Origin: Macrostomum hystrix
Taxonomy: Eukaryota > Animalia > Platyhelminthes
Direction of reading: 5' to 3'
DNA: 64,000 nucleotides
Assembly (NCBI GenBank): GCA_950097015.1
Contig: CATNEN010000037.1
Span: 496,001-560,000 of the forward strand
Shown here: piece by piece, positions 12,280-25,290 of the stretch
How positions within the stretch are numbered: the first letter of the stretch is position 1
How the letters are laid out: every line of letters begins with the position of its first letter
Made by a program: the position numbers and the translations under genes
The notes under the pieces: generated by a model
The model's database searches: none
The model's input: only the letters and a program-made list of their open reading frames with translations
Told to the model about the DNA's origin: nothing

Positions 12280-15200
12280 TCAATTGTCCTCAAACTCTGC
12301 ACCGTCAACGTCTTCGTCATCATCGTCTCCGGCTTCGTCTTCCTCTTCAACCTTGCCGCCCAGACTCTTCACCTGCTCTTTCAGAGCCGCCAGCTTGGAG
12401 TCCTGATCGCTAAGCAGTACCAGCAGGTCTTCGTTCTCAGATTTTAGATTGTCCCGCTCGAGCTCCAACTCAGCCAGTTTCCGTTGCAACTCACCGTCAC
12501 CCTCCGACTGTGGCTGAGCAGTCTGCTCTAGTCTGAGTCGGAGTTCATTACGCTCGACCTCAATCACTAGGAGTTCGTCGATGCGTTTTTGCAGATTGTC
12601 GCGCAAAGCAGATAGGCTGGCAACTGCAGCCACTTGGGCTTCGAGTTCGGAGACGCGCTCGCGATACTGGCAATTCTCCAGCTTCACCTGGGTGGGTTGA
12701 GCAGGGGCAAACAGGCGATAAGTCAGGAGTCATGATGAGATGAGAGGGATTGACGATGGATTAGAGTCCTTCAGGTGTTGGATTAGAATCTTTCAGGTGG
12801 TGGATTAGAATCCTACAGGGGTGGATTAGAATCCTTCAGGGGGTGGATTAGAATCTTTCAGGTGGTGGATTAGAATCCTTCAGGGGGTAGATTAGAATCT
12901 TTCAGGTGGTGGATTAGAATCATTCAGGTGTGGATTAGAATCTTTCAGGTGGTGGATTAGAATCCTTCAGGTGTGGATTAGAATCCTTCAGGTGTGGATT
13001 AGAATCCTTCAGGTGATGGATTAGAATCCTTCAGGCGATGGATTTGAATCCTTCCAGTAATGGATTAGAATCCTTCAGGCAAATGGATTAGAATCCTTCA
13101 GGCGACCTGAAAGATTCTAAGGTTTAAAGGTCAAATCACATGTGACGTGTTAAATATATAATAGTAAGTAGATGGAGAAACCTGCCTGATCATAATCATC
13201 GGGAAAGTAGGCCGACGCCGACACGCCCACGCCGGCAGCTTCGCCGCTGGCAGTCGGAGCTGGCGAAGCTTTGCGCACCGTGTCTAACTCGGCCCGCAGG
13301 TTGGACAGCTCGGCCTCTTTGGCGGTCAGCTGATCGCGCAGCTGCTGCACAACGGCGGCGTCGACGCCAGGTGGCGACGAAGCCTGCTGACCGACCTGAT
13401 CAAGGCCGGTTGGCATCGAGGAGCTGGCCGATGTTGCCGAAGATGACGGCGAAATCGTCGCTGCCAGGGTAGCGCGCGACGTGGTCGCAGCCGCGGCCGC
13501 TGCCTTCAGCACGGTGTTCTGATCGCGAAGGCTGCGCACGGTTTCCTCCAAACTTGCCTTCTCCCTGGCCATCTGTTCGGCGTTGGCTTGCAAAGCATCG
13601 CAGCGGGATTTCAATTCGCGATAGCGCGAGTCCTGCTCCTTGATGAGGTCTTTGTATTGCGTCACCACCGCCTCGTGCTCCATAAACTGCTGCGGCACGC
13701 CACCAGGCCCGGAGCCGGCGCCGGAACCGCCTGCGGCGCCTAAAGTGCGACTGATCTCCGGCTCGGCGGATTTGAAAAGCCGGCTGAACTCGTGATCCAG
13801 GCTGGGCTGTGCCGGCGGCTGCGGCGACTTTAACGACTTGACAAACACCTGGGCAGAGGCAGACGGTTTAAAAACTGTTGTGGAACCTGACGACTGGGAG
13901 GGGATAACAGCATAAACCCTGACGACTGGGAGGGGATAACAGCATAAACCCTGACGACTGGGAGGGGATAACAGCATAAACCCTGACGACTGGGAGGGGA
14001 TAACAGCATAAACCCTGACGACTGGGAGGGGATAACAGCATAAACCCTGACGACTGGGAGGGGATAACAGCATAAACCCTGACGACTGGGAGGGGATAAC
14101 AGCATAAACCCTGACGACTGGGAGGGGATTACAGCCTCAACCCTGACGACTGGGTGGGGATTACAGCCTCAACCCTGACGACTGGGTGGGGATTACAGCC
14201 TCAACCCTGTGGACTGGGTGGGGATGACAGCCTCAACCCTGTGGACTGGGTGGGGATGACAGCCTCAACCCTGTGGACTGGGTGGGGATGACAGCCTCAA
14301 CCCTGTGGACTGGGTGGGATGACAGCCTCAACCCTGTGGACTGGGTGGGGATGACAGCCTCAACCCTGTGGACTGGGTGGGATGACAGCCTCAATCCTGT
14401 GGACTGGTTGGGGATGACAGCCTCAATCCTGTGGACTGGTTGGGGATGACAGCCCTAACGCTAAGGGCTTGGTGAGGATAACCCCGCTGGCTGCGGTGAC
14501 AGCGGATGCAACAATAAAAGTACAAAGGTACAGGCCAATGACTCACCTCGGACTTGGACAGCTTGCCTAGGCATTCAATAAACGGCTCCGCGCCAACTCG
14601 CCTCTCAACTAGCGCCAGCAGGTCAGCATGCCCGGCTAGGAAGCAAGCACCAAGTAGGTAAGCGTAGAGAGCCTTAACTAGGCCTTCTTCTTCGGTGTGA
14701 TCGGAGCTCTGTAATTCGGCTAGTGCCTGATTGACATTGCTTGAGCAGTTTAGAAAGGCCTTGGTAACTAGAGGGCACTGAGTCAGCCAACCGCCAAGCA
14801 GTTGTAGTAGGCCGAGCTTGCACCTGAGAAATTCACATAAAGTCAGTAAGTTTACATCAAACTATTAACTAGCTTCTTAGGAAGAGTCCGATCCCCACTG
14901 AACCCTACATTCCCATGACTCACTGAACCCTACATTCCCATGACCCACTGAACCCTACATTCCCATGACTCACTGAACCCTACATTCCCATGACTCACTG
15001 AACCCTAACTTCCCATGACTCACTGAACCCTACATTCCCATGACCCACTGAACCCTGCATTCGCATAACCCACTGAACCCTACATTCGCATAACCCACTG
15101 AACCCTACATTCCCATAACCCACTGAACCCTACATTCCCATAACCCACTGAACCCTACATTCCCATAACCCACTGAACCCTACATTCCCATGACCCACTG

Positions 15201-18200
15201 AACCCTACATTCGCATAACCCACTGAACCCTACATTCGCATAACCCACTGAACCCTACATTCCCATAACCCACTGAACCCTACATTCCCATAACCCACTG
15301 AACCTACATTCCCATAACCCACTGAACCCTACATTCCCATGACCCACTGAACCCTACATTCCCATAACCCACTGAACCCTACATTCCCATAACCCACTGA
15401 ACCCTACATTCCCATAACCCACTGAACCCTACATTCCCATGACCCACTGAACCCTACATTCCAATAACCCACTGAACCCTACATTCCCATAACCCACTGA
15501 ACCCTACATTCCCATAACCCACTGAACCCTACATTCCCATAACCCACTGAACCCTACATTCCCATAACCCACTGAACCCTACATTCCCATAACCCACTGA
15601 ACCCTACATTCTCATAACCCACTGAACCCTACATTCCATAACCCACTGAACCCTACATTCCCATAACCCACTGAACCCTACATTCCCATAACCCACTGAA
15701 CCCTACATTCTCATAACCCACTGAACCCTACATTCCCATAACCCACTGAACCCTACATTCCCATAACCCACTGAACCCTACATTCCCATAACCCACTGAA
15801 CCCTACATTCCCATAACCCACTGAACCCTACATTCCCATAACCCACTGAACCCTACATTCCCATAACCCACTGAACCCTACATTCCCATAACCCACTGAA
15901 CCCTACATTCCCATAACCCACTGAACCCTACATTCTCATAACCCACTGAACCCTACATTCCCATAACCCACTGAACCCTACATTCTCATAACCCACTGAA
16001 CCCTACATTCCCATAACCCACTGAACCCTACATTCCCATAACCCACTGAACCCTACATTCCCATAACCCACTGAACCCTACATTTCCATAACCCACTGAA
16101 CCCTACATTCACATGACTCTTAAAGAATCATCTTTCTTTTGAGCGTTCGATCCCTTAATCCATTCCTTCCTTGGGAATTTTCCTTCGCCTCCGACTCGCG
16201 TCATCAGGGCTCACCTGGCGCTAGGATTGGTAGTCAACAAATTGGCGCAGTGCTGTAGCAAGCTGACAGGCGGAGACCCCAGTCCAGTAGCCAGCTGCAC
16301 CCTCAACAGCTGCTCCTTCTGGCCCGTATTGCCGTGCACCGCGTGCAGTAGGGAAACAGCGGCTAGCCAGGCGGTGTGGGAGTCGCTGGAGAACAGGCCG
16401 GCGCAGAGCAGCTGGCCAGCGGTGATGCTGGCGGTGGCTTCCGCTGAGGCCGGCAGCAAGGTGCTGACCACGGCAGCTTGACCATCCGGATTGCGAAATA
16501 GATAGGATTGAAAGGCGTATAGCACGGCCAGGCGCAGCGGAAACGGCTGCTTCTCGTTCACCTAAGTGGACCAAGTTGCATTTTAACATTCTCAACCATC
16601 CTACTTAAAGTAGAAACGCAGGAAACGATTTAGAAATATAGTTCGAGATATTTTTTACTATGCATCAATCTGTTATACCATCCAGTGTCGCGTGTGTTAT
16701 TCCATCCAGTGTATCGTATGTTATCCCACCCAGTGTCTAGCTGTTATCCCCTCCAGTGTATCGTATGTTATCCCATCCTGTGTTTCGTATGTTATCCCAT
16801 CTAGTGTCTCATGTGTTATCCCATCCAGTGTCTAGCTGTTATCCCCTCCAGTGTCGTGTGTTATCCCATCCAGTGTATCGTGTGTTATCCCATTCAGTAT
16901 CTCGTGTGTTATCCCATCTAGTGTCCCGTGTGTTATCCCATCCAGTGTCGCGTGTGTTATTCCATCCAGTGTATCGTATGTTATCCCACCCAGTGTCTAG
17001 CTGTTATCCCCTCCAGTGTATCGTATGTTATCCCACCCAGTGTCTAGCTGTTATCCCCTCCAGTGTATCGTATGTTATCCCATCCTGTGTTTCGTATGTT
17101 ATCCCATCTAGTGTCTCATGTGTTATCCCATCCAGTGTCTAGCTGTTATCCCCTCCAGTGTCGTGTGTTATCCCATCCAGTGTATTGTGTGTTATCCCAT
17201 TCAGTTTCTCGTGTGTTATCCCATCTAGTGTCCCGTGTGTTATCCCATCCAGTGTATAGTGTGTTATCCCATCCAGTGTCTAGCTGTTATCCCCTCCAGT
17301 GTCGTGTGTTATCCCATCCAGTGTATCGTGTGTTATCCCATTCAGTATCTCGTGTGTTATCCCATATAGTGTCCCGTGTGTTATCCCATCCAGTGTATCG
17401 TGTGTTATCCCATCCAGTGTCTCGTGCGTTATCCCCTCCAGTGTATCGTGCGTTATCCCCTCCAGTGTATCGTGTGTTATCCCATCCAGTGTCTAGCTGT
17501 TACCACCTCCAGTATCGTATGTTAACCCATCCAGTGTCTCGTGTGTTATCCCCTCCAGTGTATCGTGTCTTATCCCATCTAGTGTATCGTATGTTATCCC
17601 CTCCAGTGTATCGTGTCTTATCCCATCTAGTGTATCGTATGTTATCCCATCCAGTGTCTAGTTGTTATCCCCTCCAGTGTCGTGTGTTATCCCATCCAGT
17701 GTATCGTATGTTATCCCATCCGGTGTCTCGTGTGTTATCCCATCCAGTGCATCGTGTGTTATCCCATCCACTGTCTCGTGAGTTATCATCTGCGGCGCCA
17801 TTTATCTGTCGTTACCATAGACATAAGTAGCACAACGATAGCCGGCCTAGGCGGATTAGCCGGCGCCTCAACTGCGGCGAGAAACTTTTGAGCCTCCTCG
17901 TAGCCGCGAATGCACTCGGCAACGGTGTTAATGGTCTCGGCAAGGACCTCGGCAGGAACGCCGCTGGCCATCAGAATGGCTGTTAAACGAGCCAACAGGC
18001 CGCACTGTAGAATGGCGCGCTGCGAAGCCCGGGTATTCTGACTGGAATTCTGAGGCGATACCAGCACCCGGATGACGGCCAGCATTTGTAGTACGTTGGT
18101 AACTCGCTGAGTAGTCCTACGGACAGTTGTTTGAGAGTTTAGTTACGATTTAAGTCATTTTGTGAGCATCCTGAGCATACTAAGTCAAGTAAGTCAAGAG

Positions 18201-19463
18201 CATCCTGAGCGGCATATCATATGAGCGGCACATCCGATCTAATGAGCAGAACAACCAATATTATGAACCGAGCATCCAATATTATGACCGAGCATCTAAT
18301 CGTATGAGCGGAACATCTAATCTCATGAGCAGTATATATATATTATGAGCGGCACTAGTTTTCTTGTGAGCGGAGAATCAAATAAGATGAACCTACAATT
18401 TTATGACCGAAGGATGATTTGCTAAAGATAAAATATATTGTTTTTTACGAGTGAAGCATTACCAGCCTTCGCTCTCGCCGGCCTCATTTGCGTCACCATC
18501 CGGATTTTCAAAGAAAGCCGGCAATTGGGCAATGTAGGAATTTTCTCTAAACAGAGTCTGATTTGGCGCATTGGAACGCAATAGATTCAGTAGAATTCGC
18601 ATACAATCTTCAACAACCAGGCCGCCGCAGGAGCAGCCTTCGGCAAAGATGATCTCCAATAGCCTAGGAAAAGCGTCTTCAAACACTACAATCTTCTGTA
18701 TATTAGTGTTGGTCCGAGTCAGGTGCACCAGCAGTAGAATGCCCAGATTGCGGACATACTCTCTTTGGTCGGTGAGCACATCTATTAGCCGGCCGCAGCC
18801 CTGGGGAAATGTTAATATATGCTCCTGAGTGGCTTTAGTCTGGGATTCCAGCAGTGCGGCCAGGGCCCGCAGCGCCGGCACCCGCACCCGGCTGTCTGTC
18901 TCCTCGATGCACTCCAGTACAAGGTGCACGTTGGACGATTGTTTCACAAAGATTTCGGCGAATTGGCAGCAAAGCTCGGCTTGGTCTGTGTCGGCTTCCT
19001 CCTTTGATGACGAAAGGCGGGTATTCTAACTGTCAAATTTTCTAATTGGAATTTTTTAATTTCCAACTGCAAATGCACCGAAAATACACAAATACACCGA
19101 CCGTACCAAAAAAGTTTCTGAAAGTGCCTACTGAACAGTGCCCTAACAAGTAGTATGGAATGAATGCATTCTCACCTGCGGATCGCAACTGACGATATTA
19201 AGCAGTGCCTCTAGCGAGTAGCCGCACAATTCCGGATCGCTTCGATCCTTCTCCATCACGTCGCATAGTAGGCGCATAGCCTGAGTGCCGACTTCTAAGC
19301 GAAACTTTTTAGACAACGATTTTAAAGCGCGCAGTGCATCGCGCCGATCGTCAATGAGGGTTGACGATTCCAGACGGTGGCAGAGTTTCTCTACTGTGTC
19401 CGCCCCACTAGGCGACTCGGCGCCGGCAGTTTCAGATGCTTGAAAATAGCTCCACAGTGACAT
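12280..19463 (-). CDS. USO1: General vesicular transport factor p115/Uso1, ~948 aa; exons 19463-19176, 19025-18463, 18116-17816, 16561-16215, 14823-14547, 13848-13186, 12687-12280
   Basis: ETVEKLCHRLESSTLIDDRRDALRALKSLSKKFRLEVG-type armadillo head, LMASGVPAEVLAETINTVAECIRG, MVNEKQPFPLRLAVLYAFQSYL, coiled coil and acidic C-terminal tail. All phases join if the last intron is GC-AG. Confidence 0.93.
12765..13105. repeat. ~22-bp minisatellite (ggattagaatccttcaggtggt), USO1 intron 6
   Basis: Direct periodicity. Confidence 0.9.
13886..14455. repeat. 32-bp minisatellite (acagcataaaccctgacgactgggaggggata drifting to acagcctcaaccctgtggactgggtggggatg), USO1 intron 5
   Basis: Direct periodicity with polar change of the unit. 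Confidence 0.9.
14893..16113. repeat. 25-bp minisatellite (cccactgaaccctacattcccataa), USO1 intron 4
   Basis: Very homogeneous, about 48 units. Confidence 0.95.
16672..17785. repeat. 22-24-bp degenerate minisatellite (gtgtctcgtgtgttatcccatcca), USO1 intron 3
   Basis: Direct periodicity. Confidence 0.9.
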
Positions 19464-19954
19464 GGCTAGCCAAGGCTTGTTGCCTGAAGGTATTACAAAT
19501 CATTACATATTACATGTAGCTTGTCTAGCTGTATTTATTGGGTGGCACTATTAAAGGCTAGTACAATTACAAATGTTATATTAACTTAATTTCAACTAAC
19601 TTTATATTTTTTTTATTGTGCACTCTGAGCCTTCTTAAGCTATTTTCTAAAGTAATAATAACAAAATGCAATTAATCTTTTGGCAAGAATTCAATCCTGG
19701 TCTTACAACTTCTGGCTCTGACCCTGGAGTGAGCAATATTGTTATTTCTGACGTAAAAAATATTCACTTATTTTTACTTGCTAATTTAGTTTTCAAGAAA
19801 TTAACTAGTGATAAGGAGAAATATAATTACAAGAAATTTGAGTCATTTTGGTTATCAGATATTCTTAAAAATAAATACCTAAAGTGGCACTTAAAAAAGA
19901 AAGAAAGAAAATTTTAAGTAGCAAGGCTTAAGCCTTTTTTAAAGGAAACTAATT

Positions 19955-20541
19955 GGTTGACTGTTGTTTCATCTGCCGCCTTTTCGTCTGCCAATATACA
20001 ATGTGGTTGTTTTGTCTGCCCTAGTCCTACATTCAGTTTACTATATATAATACAAATATTTTGTGTACTGTATATTTACTTTACTAACACTGTTGCATGA
20101 GCCTATAGTGGAACAAACGTTTTAATAGATATTCCATAATTTTCTATACTTTTTGTTATAATGTTGCACATTTTTATCAGTTACATTCATAGCATTATAG
20201 TATTGCCACTTGAAGCTAGCTGCCTGCTATGCTATGTATATAAAGTATGTAATTGTTAATGCCAATAATTTTTAGTTGAATAATTTGAACGATGTTGCTT
20301 ATTTTTTTTTCTGTAACAAATGTAAAATATAAAAGTTGTGTTTTGTAGAAAATTAAAGAAAAACAAAATGTATCAATATAAATACAAAAATATACTTAAA
20401 ACTTGCCCATACTAATTTTTTTATACCTTACATTAAAAATTGTGAATAAATAAACCAAAAAATATCATAAATAAAACGGTTGTTTCATCTGCCAAAATAC
20501 TACAGCAGACAAAAACGCGGCAGACGAAACAACTGTACACC
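19955..20541. mobile_element. Non-autonomous DNA transposon (MITE), GG-ended TIRs and 8-bp TSD, Merlin-like
   Basis: Left ggttgactgttgtttcatctgcc; right end reverse-complemented ggtgtacagttgtttcgtctgcc (19/23). Flanks aactaatt (19947-19954) and aactattt (20542-20549). Confidence 0.7.
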
Positions 20542-21185
20542 AACTATTTGCCTTTCATATAATCTCTAACTTTGAATTTTCAAATTTAAATGTATTTGTT
20601 TTGAAATGTTAAACTAGTTCCTGTTTTAGTTTTGGTGGCCAGAATATAAAAGTCGCTAAAAAAAGTACTTTTTATTTTTAGGAAAAGCAACAAATATTTA
20701 CTTGCATGGGACCATAATCCAAAGTGCAAATCTAAAATTTCAGACACATTTATCAATTGTAGCTATTGGGGTCTATTCAGATGGTGTCCAGTACACTTAA
20801 TGGAAATCAATTCCGCACTTGCACTTGCATGCCAATACTTTTCCCTGTGCATTGTGTAAGCTGGCTACTTTTTCTGTACAGCACTCAATTAAATTATTGT
20901 AAAAAACCTAGAATTATAAACTAGATTGTAGATGTGCATTGTGCAACCTAGGATTAAAGTTTTCCAGTATTTTCATGCACTTAAGAGGGTGTCTATATGG
21001 TATTTTTAGATTAGCTTATTAAATATTAGTACATTTGACTTGGGCTAGACTGGATTGGCAAATCCTGGCCCCCAGTCATTGAATCTGAGCAGAAAATTTA
21101 ATTTCCTACAATATTTCATCAAAAGCTTCATTTCACCCCTAATTTATCTCTTAAAACTTTCTTCTCTTAATATGGCTGGTAGCAA

Positions 21186-21575
21186 AGGTTGGTGGCAGAG
21201 TGGTTATTGTTTTTGTCTTTAATACCAGCTGTCATTAAATTTTCTGCTATGGCAAGGCCCCATTTATTTGGGGTGCAGTCACAGAGAAAATGCTTGGTGG
21301 TTTGTCATGCAATTTATGCCATTGAGGGCCAATCTCTAAGGTACAGTAAAATGTTCACTGCCTAACAATAAGAAAGTTAGGGAAGATATACACACCTATG
21401 TGAGTGTGTGCTTATGTATAGTAACTATGTGCATATGTGCACAGGAGTCAGCAAAATAGGCAAATTTGCCCCCCTCACTGGCTATAGGTCCAGTGTCACT
21501 AAATGATGTGCTATTGCCCACAGACCTATTGCAATTACTTTTATTCTTATTTTATAACTGACAGCAGATGCCCTC
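21186..21575 (+). mobile_element. Degenerate copy of tRNA-derived SINE family 2
   Basis: Colinear similarity to 21582-21950 (catttatttgggg, gcaattta.gcc, aggagtcagc, gtgtcactaaatgatgtgc); B box decayed. Confidence 0.75.
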
Positions 21576-21581
21576 AAAAGA

Positions 21582-21950
21582 GGGTCGGTAGCAGAGCAGT
21601 TATTGCATTTGCCTCTCGTACCACGGTCCCTAAGTTCGATTCCACGGCGAGGCCACATTTATTTGGGGCGCAGCCGCAAAGAGAAGGCTTGGGGGCTTGT
21701 TGTGCAATTTACGCCCTTGTGGGCCAACCTCCAAGGCACAGTGAAGTATACACTGCCTGACAATGAGAAAGTCAGGGCAGATGTACACACCTGTGTGAGT
21801 TTATGCCTGCATACAGTATCTGAGTGCATGTGTGCTCAGGAGTCAGCGAAATGGGCAGAATTGCCTCCTCGCTGGCTTGCGGGTCTAGTGTCACTAAATG
21901 ATGTGCCACTGCCCGCAGCCCTCCTGCAGTTATTATTAATTATTATTATC
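21582..21950 (+). mobile_element. tRNA-derived SINE family 2, better preserved copy
   Basis: A-box-like ggtagcagagcagtt, B box gttcgattcc (21634-21643) and (tta)n tail. Homologous to 21186-21575 and 56139-56434. Confidence 0.8.
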
Positions 21951-23703
21951 AGATGCCCTTGAGCAAACTGCTAACAAAACTCTGATTGGCTGAATGTGAA
22001 ATTTTAAACAATTTAAACCAATACAATATTCACAGAAGCAGATTGTCACATACACAGGCCTATCAAAAGTGGCAGACAGAAAAATCCCATTTGAAATAAG
22101 AATATTAAGACTAACAGATTTTTTGACTAATTTGTGTCTGAGGTATCATTAATTTGTAGCCTGGACATGCATTAATTAGTTTTAGTAGTATCTTGTAGAA
22201 TGCTTGATCTTGCTGATTACTGGGACTGATAATAGGCCTACTCAATTAATGAGAAAAGGCATCCAAAAAATTGGAGAATTAAGCACACTTTAAAAGCCTC
22301 TTCAGTGGCCAATACTTAGCAATGCGATTCGTCTGCATGTTTTAAAAAGCTGAGTTCGGTGTACCTACACTGTTGGCTCAAGAGTTTGTGTTATTATTTT
22401 TTCAAGTGAAACAAGTCTTCAGAAAGTCTGTAGGGGAACCCATACAATACATGTACTATTCCTTAGTAGCAGTATAGGCTACGGTAGTGTAGGGCGTGGG
22501 CAGCTATTGCACAGCAAAAGTGTTTTTATAGGCCTAATAGAAAAAAAATTAAGCACAGATACTCAAATAAAGGAGATAGAGAGGCTAAAGATTTAACTGT
22601 CTAAGAAACTAAATTTCTCGGGATGCATTAGGAATGTTTATAGAATATAGCTTCTACCAAACCTCTAACATTTTTCGTATCGTGTCGCCGCTTTACATGC
22701 ATGAGATATTACTTGATACAAATGTATTCGGTAAGAACTTCGGAGTAGTTGTTAGTAATGTTTAAATACGAAAGTGAACGCGTGTGCATTTTTCTATTTG
22801 AACTTTATTAGTTATATTGATATTTTTTATTGTCAACTGACAATAGTAATTAGTCTAAGCTTTTAAGCTAAAAATTAACAGAAAAGTTAAGTTTTATGTT
22901 AGACAACAACGCCAAAAAATCTTTTTTTGTTATAGATAGACGCCATAAGTGCATAAAAAATACCGATGAAAGTTCGCTAAAAAGTCCACTGGTCACGATC
23001 CCGTGATTGTGATTGGAGTATTTATATGCACATCGGCTTTGCCAAGATTTTTCCATCGGCCGCGTCAGGGCATTACAATAGATCTGGGGAGGAGGGCAAT
23101 TAATTTTAGCGGCCAGTCATACACATGAATATGGGAATCGCTAACTAGATTTGGGAGGGGCGCCACCGCGTAATTATGTGTCTGAATCCACTGGATTTTA
23201 AGAAGGGCACCTCCCCTGTTTACTTTGAGAAGTTGATAATTAAATCGAACTGCCGGAAATCGATCATATTTCAGACTCCATGACTGTAAATTATGAATTC
23301 TACAACTGCAACTGGCGAGATAATCAACATCATTAAGTGACGTCTTGTGATCCCACTTCATTCTGATAGCGACTACCAGAGCGGCTTATGCCGTCAGCGC
23401 GTATTGCGCCGTGTCGCAGCTTGTCGTTCGGCTCCATTTCATCAATTGCAATGCCAATTCTGCTGCTGTAGGCTTGGCTAGCATGTAATTTCATTGATCG
23501 TCGCCAATGTTAGTGATAAACTGCAGGAAACCCATTCGGCAGAACATCTGCATTGGCTTTTATTGCCCTGGCCGCCTACCAGTCGTGGTCTGCTTCCAGA
23601 CCGTCGGACATACTGGCATGGCTGACTGGCGGTCGATACCGCGCATCGTCTACAGCATGAGCGATATTTGGTTGCATAGTGCAACTGACTGTCGCAGTCC
23701 TAG

Positions 23704-24058
23704 CTCACTGACTGTCGCTATAGTCCTCTCACTGACTGTCGCTATAGTCCTCTCACTGACTGTCGCTATAGTCCTCTCACTGACTGTCGCTATAGTCCTC
23801 TCACTGACTGTCGCTATAGTCCTCTCACTGACTGTCGCTATAGTCCTCTCACTGACTGTCGCTATAGTCCTCTCACTGACTGTCGCTATAGTCCTCTCAC
23901 TGACTGTCGCTATAGTCCTCTCACTGACTGTCGCTATAGTCCTCTCACTGACTGTCGCTATAGTCCTCTCACTGACTGTCGCTATAGTCCTCTCACTGAC
24001 TGTCGCTATAGTCCTCTCACTGACTGTCGCTATAGTCCTCCCACTGACTGTCGCCATT
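23704..24058. repeat. 24-bp minisatellite (cactgactgtcgctatagtcctct), ~15 units
   Basis: Near-perfect periodicity. Confidence 0.95.
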
Positions 24059-25057
24059 GTCCTCTTACAGACGTACTTACTGGCAATCTGCAGCTGAATT
24101 TGGCGTAGTACGCTGGCAAGGCCATGGCTCGTATCAATCAGGCTTATGCTTTATTTATCTTGCCAAGATGGAACAGAGAATTCAGGCCCACAGTCTGCTC
24201 AATGATGCCAAAGCAAAGCACATGTGCAGTGAGGCCAACAAGGCATATTACCAGCAGAGTATTGCGCGAGGCGCCAGTGTGCAGTATAGCAGCAGCAGTA
24301 TTATTATTGACATAAAACTTTAAATACGTTGCACATGTACATGTGTCTTTTTAATTTAGTTTTTGTTTGCTACCCAAACCTGTTATTTAATGTTTGTTTA
24401 TGCCAGAACACTTTCGCAAGTATATATACTCGTATCACCAGCTTTTGAACCAAACGCTTGCGCGATTAACAATTTTCACCTGATCAAAGTAACTTTTCAA
24501 ATTTAAGGATACAATTAAACTCTTTATCCGCTTTTTCATCGCACAGACTAGTTTGCTACGCTGAAAATATTTACCCTAATGTAACTGCTTCAGATCTATA
24601 ACCTGACATAACCCACGATTTAAAAAATCTCTACCTGAAAATTGTAATTAGCGCCTCAATTCCTGTACACATTGAACGATGTCCTTAGTGTATGTACGCG
24701 TTGCCAAGAGTACGCGTTCTAAAAAAAGAATAGTAAATGCCTAAACTCTGTCGCAAGGCACTGTCCACCTCAGTGTACACATTTCTGCCCAGCAATGCAG
24801 AGGGATTGAGCGAGATAAAGCAAAGCAAAATTTGTATACGCCCTTGCTTCTTTTTCACGACAGAGACCAAGCCCTTTTCAGAACTTTGGAACAATTAGCT
24901 ATATGTCAGCTTTTTTTAATCGAAGAACGATATAAAATTGCTGACTCCTGAGGAATCATGGTACGTAAGCTGGGAGTGGAACTTTGCTGCAGTTTGAATT
25001 GCGTGTTGCCAGGGGCCTTGAACCCCCCAATGGGCTGACGAACCTATGTGGCGCCCC

Positions 25058-25290
25058 CTATTAGTGGCGCCTCCAAGTAGTAGTGGCGCCCCCTGGTAGT
25101 GGCGCCCCCTGGTAGTGGCGCCTCCTGGTAGTGGCGCCTCCTGGTAGTGGCGCCTCCTGGTAGTGGCGCCTCCCCTATTAGTGGCGCCTCCTGGTAGTAG
25201 TGGCGCCCGCTGGTAGTGGCGCCGCTGGTAGTGACGCCCTGGTAGTGGCGCCGCTGGTAGTGACGCCCTGGTAGTGGCGCCCCGTAGTAG
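25058..25290. repeat. ~16-bp GC-rich repeat (gtagtggcgccccctg)
   Basis: Direct periodicity. Confidence 0.85.
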
